Assembly: GCA_046484865.1 (NCBI GenBank)
Contig: JAWOID010000030.1
Coordinates: 1-17,732 of the forward strand
DNA from: Candidatus Krumholzibacteriia bacterium
Lineage (GTDB): Bacteria > Krumholzibacteriota > Krumholzibacteriia > LZORAL124-64-63
Length of the DNA stretch: 17,732 nt
Direction: 5' to 3'
Each line of letters opens with the position of its first letter. The stretch's first letter is position 1. A program made the position numbers and the translations under genes. The notes beneath the pieces are model-generated. The model was not told where the DNA came from and ran no database searches. It saw only the letters and a list, made by a program, of their open reading frames with translations. Shown here piece after piece: positions 6,644 through 14,419 of this stretch.

Positions 6644-8836
6644 TCAGCGGTGAAGGGTCACCTTGGCGGTGAGGGCCCAGTCGCGAGCGGCCGGCGCCGG
6701 GCCGTCGGTGCGGGTGGCGGCGTCCGTCTCACCCGAGCCGGCCGAGACCGACCGACCGGCGATGCGGACGAGGTAGACGCCCGAGGCACAGGCTCCGCCG
6801 CCGTCGTCGTTGCCGTCCCAGACGAACTGCCGCTCCCCCGCTGGCCGGGCGTCCCACTCCGCGACGCGTACCCGGCGTCCGCGCAGGTCGAAGATCTCCA
6901 GCCGGTCGGCGGACGGGACCGCGGTCCGCCAGCGGATGGTCCCGCGCGGGTTGCAGGGGTTGGGAACGGCTCCGAGGAACTCGGCCGCAGCCGCGCCGGC
7001 CGCCGGCGGCGAACCGACGATCTCCACCACGTCGTGCAGCAGCCACTCGTTCGGATCCAGGGTCACCTGCGTCGCCGGCGCCGGTACCGGCAGCACGAAC
7101 TCCTGCACCAGCCGGTCGTTCCAGACGGTGACGGTGACGTCCGTGCCGGAGCCCTGCAGTCGCACGTCGACCGGCACCAGGTAGGGCACGTATCCCGCCT
7201 GCGAGTCGGGGTCCTGCACCTGCTCGAGCCGCAGGCGCACGAGTCCGGAATCCTGGTTCTGCCACTCCACGCGGAAGACCGGATGATTGTCGCGATGGAG
7301 CCACTGCGAGAAGAACCAGTCCAGGTCGGTGCCGGACGTCTCCTCGCAGACGCGGACGAAGTCGGCGCTGGTGGCGGTGCCCCGGCGCAGGTCGGGATCG
7401 TTCGCGTAGTTCCGCAGACACGCGAAGAAGGTGTCCTCGCCGAGCAGCCGTCGCAGCATGTGCAGCACCCAGGCGCCCTTGTGGTAGACGGTGGAGGCGA
7501 AGTAGTACCAGGGGTCGTCCACGCCCGGCCGCCGCACCAGCGGATCCTGGCCGTAACCCACGCCCCAGCTCTTCTGTCGCATGAAGAGCCGCAGGGCCGG
7601 CGCTCCCCCCACGTGTTCCCGCCAGAGGGCCTCGAAGTAGGTGGCGAACCCCTCGTTCAACCAGGTCTCCGTCCACGTCTCGGGCGTGATGAGGTTCCCG
7701 AACCACATGTGCGCCAGCTCGTGGATGATGATGGTCTCGAAGTAGCCGTCGCCGGTGACCAGTTCGTCGCCCCAGGTGACCGTGGTGGGATGCTCCATCG
7801 CGCCGTCCCACTCGAACAGGGCCATGCCGTACTTCTCGCGGTCGAACGGGAACGTGCCCAGCAATTCACCACAGAAGTCGAGCATGTCGGGCAGCACCGC
7901 GAAGTCCGCGGCCGCGGCAGCCGCGAGTTCCGGGTAGACGTAATGCCGGATGGGGAACTCGCCGGTGGCGCCGCGGTACGGCTCACCCAACTCCGTGTAC
8001 TCGCTCGCGGCCACGCTGAAGAGGTAGGTGGAGACCGGGACCGGCTCGTGCCATGCGAACGTCACGAAAGACTCGGGATCGGCGCCGGCGGCCATCACGG
8101 GGATCCAGAGGCGCTCTGCATCCACCGACTGCAGGATCTTGGCCGACATGAAGTCGTTCAGCGGGAATCCGTTGGAGACGGCGGTGAACCCGATCGGCAC
8201 GTGAAGGACGGCGGTGATCGTCGCCTTGTCCGCCGGTACGTCCTTGCACGGCCACCACGAGCGGGCGCTCCACGGTTCGCTGAGGCTCGCCGCCACCGGC
8301 CGTCCCGCATCGGTGGTGCGGAACTGGAAGCCATAGAAGCCGTCGGGCCGGGGAGACCCATCGTAGTAGATCGCGATCGAGGCCCGCGCTCCCGCCGCCA
8401 GCGGTTCCGGCAAAACGACGCTGAGCTGGTCGTTGTCGTGCGTGAAGTCCAGCGTCGCGGGCGTGGGCGCCGTCATCTCCACGCCTCGACAGGTCATCGT
8501 CGGCAGGAAGTCCAGTATCAGTTCCCCGGTCGTCGGCGCAGTGACCGAGAACTTCATCTGCACGCATCCGGAGATCTGCTCCGCGCCCGGGTTCACCACG
8601 AGCACCACGTCGTAGTGCTCCACGTCGTACGCGTCCTGCCGGGAATCGCCCACCGGGTACGACGTCGCCCACTTCCGCGCCAGAGCGCCGGCGCGCGCCT
8701 TTCCCTCGACGAGCCAGGAATCGTTCGGCGGCAGAACCTCCACCGGCTCGACGCCGGGGACCGCCGACGACGGCGCCCCCGCCCCCGTCAGCACTAACAG
8801 GACGAGCGCAGGCATGAGGATCCGCGATAATCGCAT
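6644..8836 (-). CDS. Secreted M1-family zinc aminopeptidase with a C-terminal FlgD-Ig/T9SS-type sorting-like domain
   Basis: Signal peptide; WWPCKDVP.DKAT; GAMEH; HELAH-x18-E (WLNEGFATY); YHKGAWVLHMLR; C-terminal PNPCNP...IFDLRGRRVR...WDGNDDGG...SGVYLVRI...K. Confidence 0.92.
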   Translation of the reverse strand: MRLSRILMPALVLLVLTGAGAPSSAVPGVEPVEVLPPNDSWLVEGKARAGALARKWATSYPVGDSRQDAYDVEHYDVVLVVNPGAEQISGCVQMKFSVTAPTTGELILDFLPTMTCRGVEMTAPTPATLDFTHDNDQLSVVLPEPLAAGARASIAIYYDGSPRPDGFYGFQFRTTDAGRPVAASLSEPWSARSWWPCKDVPADKATITAVLHVPIGFTAVSNGFPLNDFMSAKILQSVDAERLWIPVMAAGADPESFVTFAWHEPVPVSTYLFSVAASEYTELGEPYRGATGEFPIRHYVYPELAAAAAADFAVLPDMLDFCGELLGTFPFDREKYGMALFEWDGAMEHPTTVTWGDELVTGDGYFETIIIHELAHMWFGNLITPETWTETWLNEGFATYFEALWREHVGGAPALRLFMRQKSWGVGYGQDPLVRRPGVDDPWYYFASTVYHKGAWVLHMLRRLLGEDTFFACLRNYANDPDLRRGTATSADFVRVCEETSGTDLDWFFSQWLHRDNHPVFRVEWQNQDSGLVRLRLEQVQDPDSQAGYVPYLVPVDVRLQGSGTDVTVTVWNDRLVQEFVLPVPAPATQVTLDPNEWLLHDVVEIVGSPPAAGAAAAEFLGAVPNPCNPRGTIRWRTAVPSADRLEIFDLRGRRVRVAEWDARPAGERQFVWDGNDDGGGACASGVYLVRIAGRSVSAGSGETDAATRTDGPAPAARDWALTAKVTLHR

Positions 8837-9040
8837 TCTGGTGGTTCCCGGGTTCTTCGGTCGGGTCGATGTCGGCGCCGCTCCAGCGGGATCGGACGCG
8901 GGGATCGGTCGTCCGGATAAGACCCCAATACTGGCCGCCGGCGCCGCTGGAATCCAGCGAAATCGACCGCCTTGTGCCCTTCGATTTTTCGCCTTGCATA
9001 CGCCTCCATCAAAAATTTCGATTTGCGATAAAATTAATCT

Positions 9041-9065
9041 GGAACTAAATACTACCAGTTCCGTC
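9041..9065 (+). promoter_or_regulatory. Candidate ECF-sigma promoter (GGAAC-N16-CGTC) overlapping the palindrome GGAACT-N10-AGTTCC
   Basis: ggaac 9041-9045 and cgtc 9062-9065 lie in an AT-rich patch about 110 nt upstream of the sigma factor gene. Confidence 0.4.
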
Positions 9066-9174
9066 TTTATTTGGCTATCATCGCGGGCGAGCCGGGGCGG
9101 ATGGAAAGCCGGCTCGCAGGGGATCAGGTCGGTGTCACCGGTGTCACCGGTTCACCGGGGGGAAAGGAATTGTC

Positions 9175-10026
9175 ATGATGGAAAAGCAAGGTCGGTCGGA
9201 CCATCGCAACGATGCCGCACTGCGGCACTATCTCGAGACCATCGGCCGTTACGAACTCCTCGACCGCGAGCGAGAGCGGGAGCTGGCGGCCCGTGTCCGC
9301 GACGGCGACCGCACCGCGCTCGACGACCTCGTGAATGCCAACCTGCGCTTCGTGGTCTCGATCGCGAAGCGGTACCGGGGCCGCGGCCTGTCCTTCATGG
9401 ACCTCATCGCCGAGGGGAACGTGGGGCTGATCACGGCCGCCCGGCGGTTCGACGAGCGCCGGGAGTTCCGCTTCGTCACCTACGCGGCCTGGTGGATCCG
9501 GCAGTCGATCCAGGTGGCCCTGAGCGAGCAGGTGGGCACGGTGCGGCTACCGGCGAACCGGCAGCGGGAGGTCCAGCGCGCGGCCGTGCTGGAACAGCGC
9601 CTCGAGCAGCAGTTCGGTCGTTCCATCCATGAGGACGAGGTGGCGGAGCACCTCGATCTGACCCGCGCCACCCTGGAACGCATCCGCGGCGCCGCCCGCA
9701 GCGAGGTCCGCCTGGACGAATCGCCGCTGCCGGACGGAGCCACGCTGGCGGAATCGCTGCCGGACACCGGGACGCCGGATCCGGAGGAACGCTACCTGCG
9801 CGACGAGTTCGAGCGCGAGGTGCACGCGGCACTGCATTCCCTCGACGCTCGCGACCGCGAGGTCCTGAGCCGCTACTTCGGGCTGGGCGACGAGGACGAG
9901 GTCTCGCTCGAGACCATCGGCCGCGAGGCGCGGCTGTCGCGCGAGCGGGTGCGCCAGCTCCGCAACCGCGCCCTGGCTCGTATCCGCCGCGAGCGCGGTG
10001 ATACGCTGCTGACCTACCTCGCCTGA
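9175..10026 (+). CDS. RNA polymerase sigma-70 factor, RpoD/SigA-like, short form without region 1.1
   Basis: Region 1.2 LRHYLETIGRYELLDRERE; region 2 LVNANLRFVVSIAKRY, DLIAEGNVGL, RFVTYAAWWIRQSI; region 4 SLETIG...LSRERVRQL. RBS-like AAGGA upstream. Confidence 0.93.
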   Translation: MMEKQGRSDHRNDAALRHYLETIGRYELLDRERERELAARVRDGDRTALDDLVNANLRFVVSIAKRYRGRGLSFMDLIAEGNVGLITAARRFDERREFRFVTYAAWWIRQSIQVALSEQVGTVRLPANRQREVQRAAVLEQRLEQQFGRSIHEDEVAEHLDLTRATLERIRGAARSEVRLDESPLPDGATLAESLPDTGTPDPEERYLRDEFEREVHAALHSLDARDREVLSRYFGLGDEDEVSLETIGREARLSRERVRQLRNRALARIRRERGDTLLTYLA

Positions 10027-10051
10027 CCGGCGGCGGCGCTCCCCCTGCACC

Positions 10052-10089
10052 GACGCGACCGGCGGCCCTCCTCGGGCCGCCGGTGCGTC
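10052..10089. terminator. GC-rich hairpin between convergent genes (probable terminator)
   Basis: ACCGGCGGCCC-tcctc-GGGCCGCCGGT (11-bp stem, 10058-10084), extended by GACGC/GCGTC; no long U tract. Confidence 0.55.
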
Positions 10090-10144
10090 TTCCTGGCGGG
10101 TGTTCGCCGTCCGGCGCCATCGCCGGGCCGCGATCTGCTCCCGA

Positions 10145-12046
10145 TCACTCGACGAGCATCACCATCCGCGCCGTCTTGGCGGGGGCGAGGGCCTGGATCG
10201 TCTGCTGCAGGAGCTGGATCGAGTACCTCGCGTTGTGCACGCCGGAGCTGTGGTCGAATTCCACGAAGAACAGGTTGTACGCCGCCTCGCGCTGTTCACG
10301 CGTGGAGATGGTCGCATTGCCGACGTTCCCGTCGAAGTCTTCCTGCAGCGCCTGGGCGTGCTCGGGGGTATCGCTGGCGGCGATGATCGCCTGGCGGAGC
10401 AGCGCCGTCAGCCCCTGCACCTCGTGCTGGATGCCCTCGACGGTACCGTCGCCGTCGAAGTCGTCGCTGGCCATGACATCCGAGAACGCCTGGATCGGGC
10501 CGTGGCAATCACGGCAGGCCTCCAAAGTCGGTTCGAAGGTATGGCCGGTGAACGCCTGTCCGGTCAGCGGGTCCACCGCCGGATTGGTGTGACAGTGGAC
10601 GCAGCCGTCATCGATCAGCAGATGCCGGCTGGTGCCGAAGTCGAACCCCGGCGCGATCTCCTCGTAGGCGCCGGTGCCCGCGAGCATGTCGCCCTGCACC
10701 GAGTGATGCGGCCCGAAGTGCGAGCTGCCGTTCTCGATCATGTCCAGGATGTCTCCGGGAGCGCGCCGGCCGTTGTGGCAGGCCATGCAGAGCCGCCCGT
10801 TGCCCGCCTCGGGAACGACCTGCCCGTTCGGCAGCACCACGTCGGTGGCGGCGGCAGCGCGCAGGTTGCCCTCGTTCGGCGAGCCGTGGGGATCGTGGCA
10901 GGCGGCGCAGGTGATCGCCGCGGTGTCCGCCACGGCGCTCGGATTCTGGAAGCCCTCCGGGTCGTCCAGGTATCCCGCGGCGTAGGCGCCGTTGTGGCAT
11001 TTCACGCAGGCGGTCCGGCCCACCGGCGAGGTCAACTCGTCGGCCACGCCGTGGCCCGACTGCTGCCACTCGTCGTAGGTCGGATGGTGCACGCCGTTGT
11101 GGCAGGAACCGCAGAGTTCCGCGTCGACGGTGGTCGGCAGCGTGGGCATGCCGCCGCCGGGATGGGCGCTGCCCGGGCCGTGGCAGTTCTCGCACTGCAC
11201 GTCGGCGAGCGAGGCCAGCGGCACATCGTTCCAGGCGCGATTGTCCAGGGCGGGGTCCGCGTTCAGCCCCACGCTGCCCACCACGTGGCAGCCGAAGCAG
11301 AAGGGCTGCACGTGGTCGCTCGTGAGCAGACCCGCCAGCGCCTCGGCGTGGCCCGTATCATGCCAGTCGGCGTGGATGCCCGGGTGGCACTGCTGGCAGT
11401 AGTCGGCGCCCATGTAGGAGGGGGAGTCGGTCGGCGTGTACGGCAGCACCGTGTACTCCAGGAACTCTGAGCGCGCGTTCCCGGCCTCGTCCGCCACGAT
11501 CACCTGCACGCGAGGATTGGTCGCCGGCACCGCGTCGGGGGCCCTGAATACCACGCGGTCGGGGGCGATCCGGGTGACCGTACCCGAGGTGGCCTCCCAC
11601 GCGTACACCAGACCGTCCCCCACGGCCGAGGCCGTGATGGTATCGGAATGGGCGATGGTCAAGGTGTCGCTCTGGGCGGTCAGTTCGAGCCCCACCTCCA
11701 CGCCCACGGCGCGGGCCCGGGAGGCGGAGAGATTGCGATTATTGGTGACGGTCGCGGTCAGCGTGTAGACGCCGGGCTCCTCGGGGGCGGTCCACGTGGT
11801 CGTGGGCTCCGACGCGTCGGCGAAGGTGCCCGCCTCGGCGGTCCAGACGTACTGCAAGCCCGCGCCCGGCGCCTCGACGGCCACGGTGGCCGTGCCGCCG
11901 GCCTCGACGATCTGTGGCGTGGCCGTCACGGCGGTGATCACGGGCTGAGCGCCGACCGGATCGTCGTCGTCGTCGTCGCAGGCGGCGATCCCCAGGGTCA
12001 GCGCAGCAATGGCGAGCATCGCCAGGTAGGTCCTTCTCGCTTCCAT
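10145..12046 (-). CDS. Nonaheme c-type cytochrome lipoprotein with two N-terminal Ig/PKD-like domains
   Basis: RBS GGAGG; lipobox-like IAA-C23 followed by DDDDDD; 9 CxxCH motifs (CQQCH, CFGCH, CENCH, CGSCH, CVKCH, CAACH, CMACH, CVHCH, CRDCH); helical C-terminus with YN...D.S.GVHN..Y. Confidence 0.92.
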   Translation of the reverse strand: MEARRTYLAMLAIAALTLGIAACDDDDDDPVGAQPVITAVTATPQIVEAGGTATVAVEAPGAGLQYVWTAEAGTFADASEPTTTWTAPEEPGVYTLTATVTNNRNLSASRARAVGVEVGLELTAQSDTLTIAHSDTITASAVGDGLVYAWEATSGTVTRIAPDRVVFRAPDAVPATNPRVQVIVADEAGNARSEFLEYTVLPYTPTDSPSYMGADYCQQCHPGIHADWHDTGHAEALAGLLTSDHVQPFCFGCHVVGSVGLNADPALDNRAWNDVPLASLADVQCENCHGPGSAHPGGGMPTLPTTVDAELCGSCHNGVHHPTYDEWQQSGHGVADELTSPVGRTACVKCHNGAYAAGYLDDPEGFQNPSAVADTAAITCAACHDPHGSPNEGNLRAAAATDVVLPNGQVVPEAGNGRLCMACHNGRRAPGDILDMIENGSSHFGPHHSVQGDMLAGTGAYEEIAPGFDFGTSRHLLIDDGCVHCHTNPAVDPLTGQAFTGHTFEPTLEACRDCHGPIQAFSDVMASDDFDGDGTVEGIQHEVQGLTALLRQAIIAASDTPEHAQALQEDFDGNVGNATISTREQREAAYNLFFVEFDHSSGVHNARYSIQLLQQTIQALAPAKTARMVMLVE

Positions 12047-12127
12047 CTTGGCCTCCAGGTTACGTGATGTTCGTCTTCCGCAACGCCGCTGGTCCGGGTT
12101 GGCGACATCTCCTACGGGGCGGCTCGG

Positions 12128-12150
12128 TTGTCACAGAATAGACACAGAAT
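12128..12150. promoter_or_regulatory. 11-bp-period direct repeat (CACAGAAT x2), candidate OmpR/PhoB-family site
   Basis: ttgtCACAGAAT-aga-CACAGAAT, with copies at 12132 and 12143; the first half-site contains TGTCA. Confidence 0.3.
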
Positions 12151-12162
12151 TCCGTCGAGTCA

Positions 12163-12183
12163 CGTTGAAAAATAGTCTCAACG
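12163..12183. promoter_or_regulatory. Imperfect palindrome CGTTGAAAAATAGTCTCAACG, candidate Fur-family operator
   Basis: CGTTGA-N9-TCAACG in the AT-rich middle of the divergent cytochrome promoter region; 7-1-7 geometry TGAAAAA-T-AGTCTCA. Confidence 0.5.
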
Positions 12184-12300
12184 CACTTATTTTGCATAGG
12201 GTTGGTCCATTTTGTCTTGACTTTGTCACGGAGTGGCGCCACCCTCCCTCCCGATGATCATGCTGGACAACGAGTTCGGCCGTCTCCGGAAGGAGCATCG

Positions 12301-13461
12301 ATGAAGCGTTCTCTACCCGCCGTCGCGGCCGCCCTGGCGCTCGCCGGAAGCCTGTTGACGGGTTGCGAGAGCCGAGTGGACCCGCTGGAGCCTCCGACCA
12401 GTCTGTCGCCCGAGACGGTCTTCGTGGGCTCGCAGCGTTGCGCCGACTGCCACGGCGGCATCGCCGGCCGCCACGCGAACCATGGACACGCGCACATCCT
12501 GCAGCGCGTGACGGGCTCGGCACCCGAATATCCTTTCCGCGGCGAGGTGGCCTCTCCGTTGCCCGGCCCGCCGCCGGACCTCGGCTGGGACGGGCTCTCG
12601 TACGTGGTCGGCGGTTTCGCCTGGCGTGCCCAGTTCCTCGACCGCAACGGCTATCTGGTGACGGGCAGGGAGGCCGAGTACCACCTGATGACCGGCGAGT
12701 GGGTCCCGTACGAACCGGACGGGGCCGAGTACGACTGCGGCCGCTGCCACACGACCGGCTACACGTCCGACGGACACCAGGGAGGCCTGCCCGGCATCGT
12801 GGGGACGTGGACGGAGCCCTCCGTGGGCTGCGAGGCCTGCCACGGCCCGGGCGGCGCGCACGTGCAGGAGCCCAGCGAGCACAACATCCGTTCGGGATCG
12901 GAGACCACTCCCTGCGGGTCGTGCCACGCGCGCAACGTGGGCGGACCGATCATGGCCTGGCCACCCGACGCGGAAGGCGACCTGTTCATCCGCAACTACT
13001 CCCAGTTCGACGAGCTTCAGGGGCTGAATGCCGCCGGGCGCCCCACCGGCCCCCACCGCGGTCTCGATTGCACCACCTGCCACTCCCCGCACGTCTCCAC
13101 CGTGTTCCAGGCGGACGCCGGGGGCGTGGAACTGCGTTGCACGGTCTGCCATGACATCGAGGTCGTGCTGCCGGGCGGCGGCCAGCACACCTGCGTGAAC
13201 TGCCACATGCCGGAGGCCAGCCTCTCGGCGGTGAAGCAGACCCCGTACCGGGCCGATCTGCGCACGCACGTCTTCCGCATCGCGACCGATCCCCCGGACA
13301 GCGCCATGTTCTACCAGGACGGCGACGAATGGTTCGCCCGGCCGTTCCTGAACCTGGAATTCGCCTGCCTGCAGTGCCATCCCGGCCGCGACCTCGACTG
13401 GGTGGCCGAGTGGGCACAGATCGTTCACCCCGATCCAGCGCCGCGGACGGCAGGGAGGTAG
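12301..13461 (+). CDS. Octaheme c-type cytochrome lipoprotein, 386 aa
   Basis: AGGAG RBS then ATG 12301; lipobox LTG-C22; 8 CxxCH motifs (CADCH, CGRCH, CEACH, CGSCH, CTTCH, CTVCH, CVNCH, CLQCH). Confidence 0.92.
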   Translation: MKRSLPAVAAALALAGSLLTGCESRVDPLEPPTSLSPETVFVGSQRCADCHGGIAGRHANHGHAHILQRVTGSAPEYPFRGEVASPLPGPPPDLGWDGLSYVVGGFAWRAQFLDRNGYLVTGREAEYHLMTGEWVPYEPDGAEYDCGRCHTTGYTSDGHQGGLPGIVGTWTEPSVGCEACHGPGGAHVQEPSEHNIRSGSETTPCGSCHARNVGGPIMAWPPDAEGDLFIRNYSQFDELQGLNAAGRPTGPHRGLDCTTCHSPHVSTVFQADAGGVELRCTVCHDIEVVLPGGGQHTCVNCHMPEASLSAVKQTPYRADLRTHVFRIATDPPDSAMFYQDGDEWFARPFLNLEFACLQCHPGRDLDWVAEWAQIVHPDPAPRTAGR

Positions 13462-13463
13462 GG

Positions 13464-14408
13464 ATGCGTTCTCGCACACCGCACACGGGCGGCTCGCGAC
13501 TGCTGGGAACTGCGCTGCTGCTGGTGATCTGGATGGCGGCGGGCAGCGCCCCGGCCGCGGACCCGGTGACCGCTGCCCAGCGGATCGGACACGACTGGCA
13601 GGCCGAGTACGTCGGTGCCGAGACCTGCCTCGGCTGCCACGACGACGTGGGCGAGGCCTACCACGGCTCGCCCCACCACCCTCGCCACGGCGCCGTGGTG
13701 CCGGGCAGCGACATCGAATCGTGCGAGTCCTGCCACGGCCCTGGCGAGCAGCACATGGAGACCGGCAGCGACATCATCGGTGTGGAGACGATGCGGGCGC
13801 TCGATGCGGACACCCGTACCTGGCTCTGCCTCCAGTGCCATGCCCGCCAGCGGGACACCTGGTTCCTCGCGGAACACGCGGAGGAGGGCGTGGACTGCGC
13901 CTCCTGCCACGTGGACCAGGTGCACTGGGCGATGCCCGACCGGCGCGGCCCGCGCGACTTCCCGGTGGCCGGCGAGTTCTGTCTGCAATGCCATCCCGAG
14001 GTCACCCGCGACTTCCGTCTGAGCTACCGCCACCCGGTGCTCGAGGGGATGATGGCGTGCACGGACTGTCACGCCCCGCACGGCGAGACGGCTCGCGAGG
14101 CCCTGCTGGTGACGGAGAACGCGCCCTGCCTGCGCTGCCACACCGAGGTGGCCGGCCCGTTCGTCTTCGAGCACGCGGCCACGGTCGACGAGGAGTGCAC
14201 CACCTGCCACCGGCCCCACGGTTCCCCGAACCGGATGCTGCTGACCCAGGACAGCAACTCGCTCTGCGTGCACTGCCACTGGCAGCCGGGCTTTCCAGTG
14301 ATCGGCGACGTCGATCACGGCCCGTTCCTGCGGCAACGGGCGCTCTGCTACGACTGTCACGTGGAGATCCACGGCTCCAACGCCCACGAGTACTACCTCA
14401 GGCCGTAG
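13464..14408 (+). CDS. Periplasmic decaheme cytochrome c, MtrA/DmsE/PioA/MtoA family, 314 aa
   Basis: GGAGG RBS, ATG 13464, Sec signal ending in APA; 10 CxxCH motifs; family hallmarks YVGAETC, CESCHGPG, HPV.EG.M.C.DCH.PHG, GPFVFEH and the terminal CH..IHGSN. Confidence 0.92.
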   Translation: MRSRTPHTGGSRLLGTALLLVIWMAAGSAPAADPVTAAQRIGHDWQAEYVGAETCLGCHDDVGEAYHGSPHHPRHGAVVPGSDIESCESCHGPGEQHMETGSDIIGVETMRALDADTRTWLCLQCHARQRDTWFLAEHAEEGVDCASCHVDQVHWAMPDRRGPRDFPVAGEFCLQCHPEVTRDFRLSYRHPVLEGMMACTDCHAPHGETAREALLVTENAPCLRCHTEVAGPFVFEHAATVDEECTTCHRPHGSPNRMLLTQDSNSLCVHCHWQPGFPVIGDVDHGPFLRQRALCYDCHVEIHGSNAHEYYLRP

Positions 14409-14419
14409 GGAGGCCCGTC

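Noticed and set aside
4343..8797. Very long antisense ORFs 4343..6616 (-) and 6650..8797 (+)
   Set aside because: Shadow frames of well-supported peptidase genes, as expected in high-GC DNA; no recognisable motifs.
12181..12196. Sigma-54-like promoter ACGCACTTATTTTGCA
   Set aside because: Spacing and TTGCA fit, but the near-invariant GG at -24 is CG.
12217..12229. FNR/CRP box at TTGACTTTGTCAC
   Set aside because: TGA-N5-TCA is one base shorter than the TGA-N6-TCA spacing required.
10145..13461. Calling either lipoprotein NrfA, octaheme nitrite reductase or MtrC/OmcA
   Set aside because: There is no CxxCK motif, and the heme counts (9 and 8) and spacing do not fit MtrC/OmcA.
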